A stretch of 64,000 nucleotides of DNA from Octopus bimaculoides. Taxonomy: Eukaryota. A model generated the notes under the pieces. It was given only the letters and a program-made list of their open reading frames with translations. It made no database searches and was not told the DNA's origin. Location of the stretch: positions 57,216,608 to 57,280,607 of the forward strand of contig NC_068995.1 in assembly GCF_001194135.2 (NCBI RefSeq), in the 5' to 3' direction. Shown here piece by piece: positions 62,813 through 64,000 of the stretch. The stretch's first letter is position 1. Every line of letters begins with the position of its first letter. Both the position numbers and the translations under genes were made by a program.

Positions 62813-63377
62813 GTTATTTCTTTTTATTTTTATTTTTCAAAGAAATGTTTCTTACAGAATCCACTTTCTGTTTCTTGTTTCCCTTTTATAAACACATTAA
62901 AAGCAACAAAAAAAAAGGAGAAAAATAAGAAAAGGGGGGGGGGGTCCCTAAAAGGAAAGAGTGGAACAAGCAGATATATGTGAGTGTTATATGGATGTCT
63001 AATTTATATGTATTTTATATTAGATTTTTTTTTCTTTTCTAAGAATAAATAAATACTACATATGTATTATATCAATAACGAAGTAAAAGTTCACTTTTGC
63101 TATGAAATTACCAATGAATATTTGGTAATAAATGGTATGGTTATTGCTGTGATTACTTGAATGTAAGTGAAGCTCAGTATTTGGTTGAGGAATTTGTCTT
63201 GCAGTTATTATTTATGTCCTGGGAAAAAACGGTTCCCAATTAGGAGTGGGAGTGGAAGAATATATCCATTTTTTTTCTTCTGTGAAAGCAGCTGAAATAA
63301 GTTGAATTGTGTATGCATGTGTGTGTGTATGTGTGTGTGTGTGTGTACATAAATACATACATACATTCATATATATA

Positions 63378-63528
63378 TGGTTGTGTGGTTAAGAAGCTTG
63401 CTTTGCAACCATGTGATTTTAGGTTCAGTCCCACTACACAGCACTTTGAGCAAGTGTCTTCTGCTATAGCCCCAGGCCAACCAATGCTTTGTGAGTGAAT
63501 TTGGTTGAGCGGAAACTGTCTGGAAGCT

Positions 63529-63573
<45 letters not shown>

Positions 63574-63670
63574 GCAATAAACACTTGTGCTGGTGTCACA
63601 TAAAAGAGCACCGATGCCAGTGCCGTATGCAGACAGTACCTGTGCCTCATTCACATTGGAGAGCACCCAG
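63378..63670 (+). mobile_element. SINE with an A-type head and the start of a B-type body
   Basis: atggttgtgtggttaagaagcttg...aggttcagtccc...ggaaactg, (TA)n, then gtgctggtgtcacataaaagagcacc. Confidence 0.85.
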
Positions 63671-64000
63671 TATGTATGTATATATATATATATGAGTAAG
63701 TTTGAGTTCAATTAGAACAGTTTTACTTTGGTGGGGGTCCAAAGTTAGATTTCTAATAAAGATTCTTCATATTAAATTGGTAGCTTGCTATTGCAAGTAT
63801 TTTATTAAAAATATGAAGATTATACATGTATATAAAGGTGTATTATGAGCATTTATAGAACACGTATCCTATATCAACTCAACAAACAATTAAAGATGGA
63901 GAAGGGAAGATGTTTAAAAGTTTGATAACATTTTAATCCATGCATAACACCAACATGGAAGAAACGTGGAAGAGATTAAATTAATTATGATTAATTGATT

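Noticed and set aside
62934-62946. G-runs as G-quadruplex or telomeric repeats (also 20826-20845, 52990-53060)
   Set aside because: Single homopolymer runs or fewer than four well-spaced G3 tracts, and no (TTAGGG)n array.

Overview
This is AT-rich, microsatellite-dense eukaryotic DNA from a gapped short-read-style scaffold, with eight N-runs, nearly all inside or beside simple repeats or SINEs. The interspersed repeats are tRNA-headed SINEs that I recall as the abundant Octopus OR/OK-type and related families, so the source is most likely an octopus (coleoid cephalopod) genome. That assignment is from memory, not a database search. I can recognise no protein-coding gene, and there is no long ORF. 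Almost all ORFs in the supplied track are read-throughs of microsatellites or SINEs. The window looks like large-intron or intergenic DNA. It holds about 50 copies or fragments of six SINE types (my labels A, A', B, C, D, E), two TTAA/CCC-ended piggyBac-like MITE families, one hAT/Charlie-like MITE family and a possible Tc2/pogo-like end. A few isolated AG...GT-bounded open segments are offered only as low-confidence candidate exons. No rRNA, intact tRNA or CRISPR array is supported. The most notable observations are: a 52-bp-arm near-perfect hairpin (21596-21709); a young, possibly polymorphic SINE flanked by an exact 78-bp duplication (33577-33889); SINE head/tail module sharing; a left/right orientation switch of SINE family E; inverted SINE pairs that could be ADAR substrates; and a CpG-rich patch with splice donors on both strands (about 50780-50960). 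I found no evidence of a new multi-gene system. Repeat boundaries are approximate, by eye.
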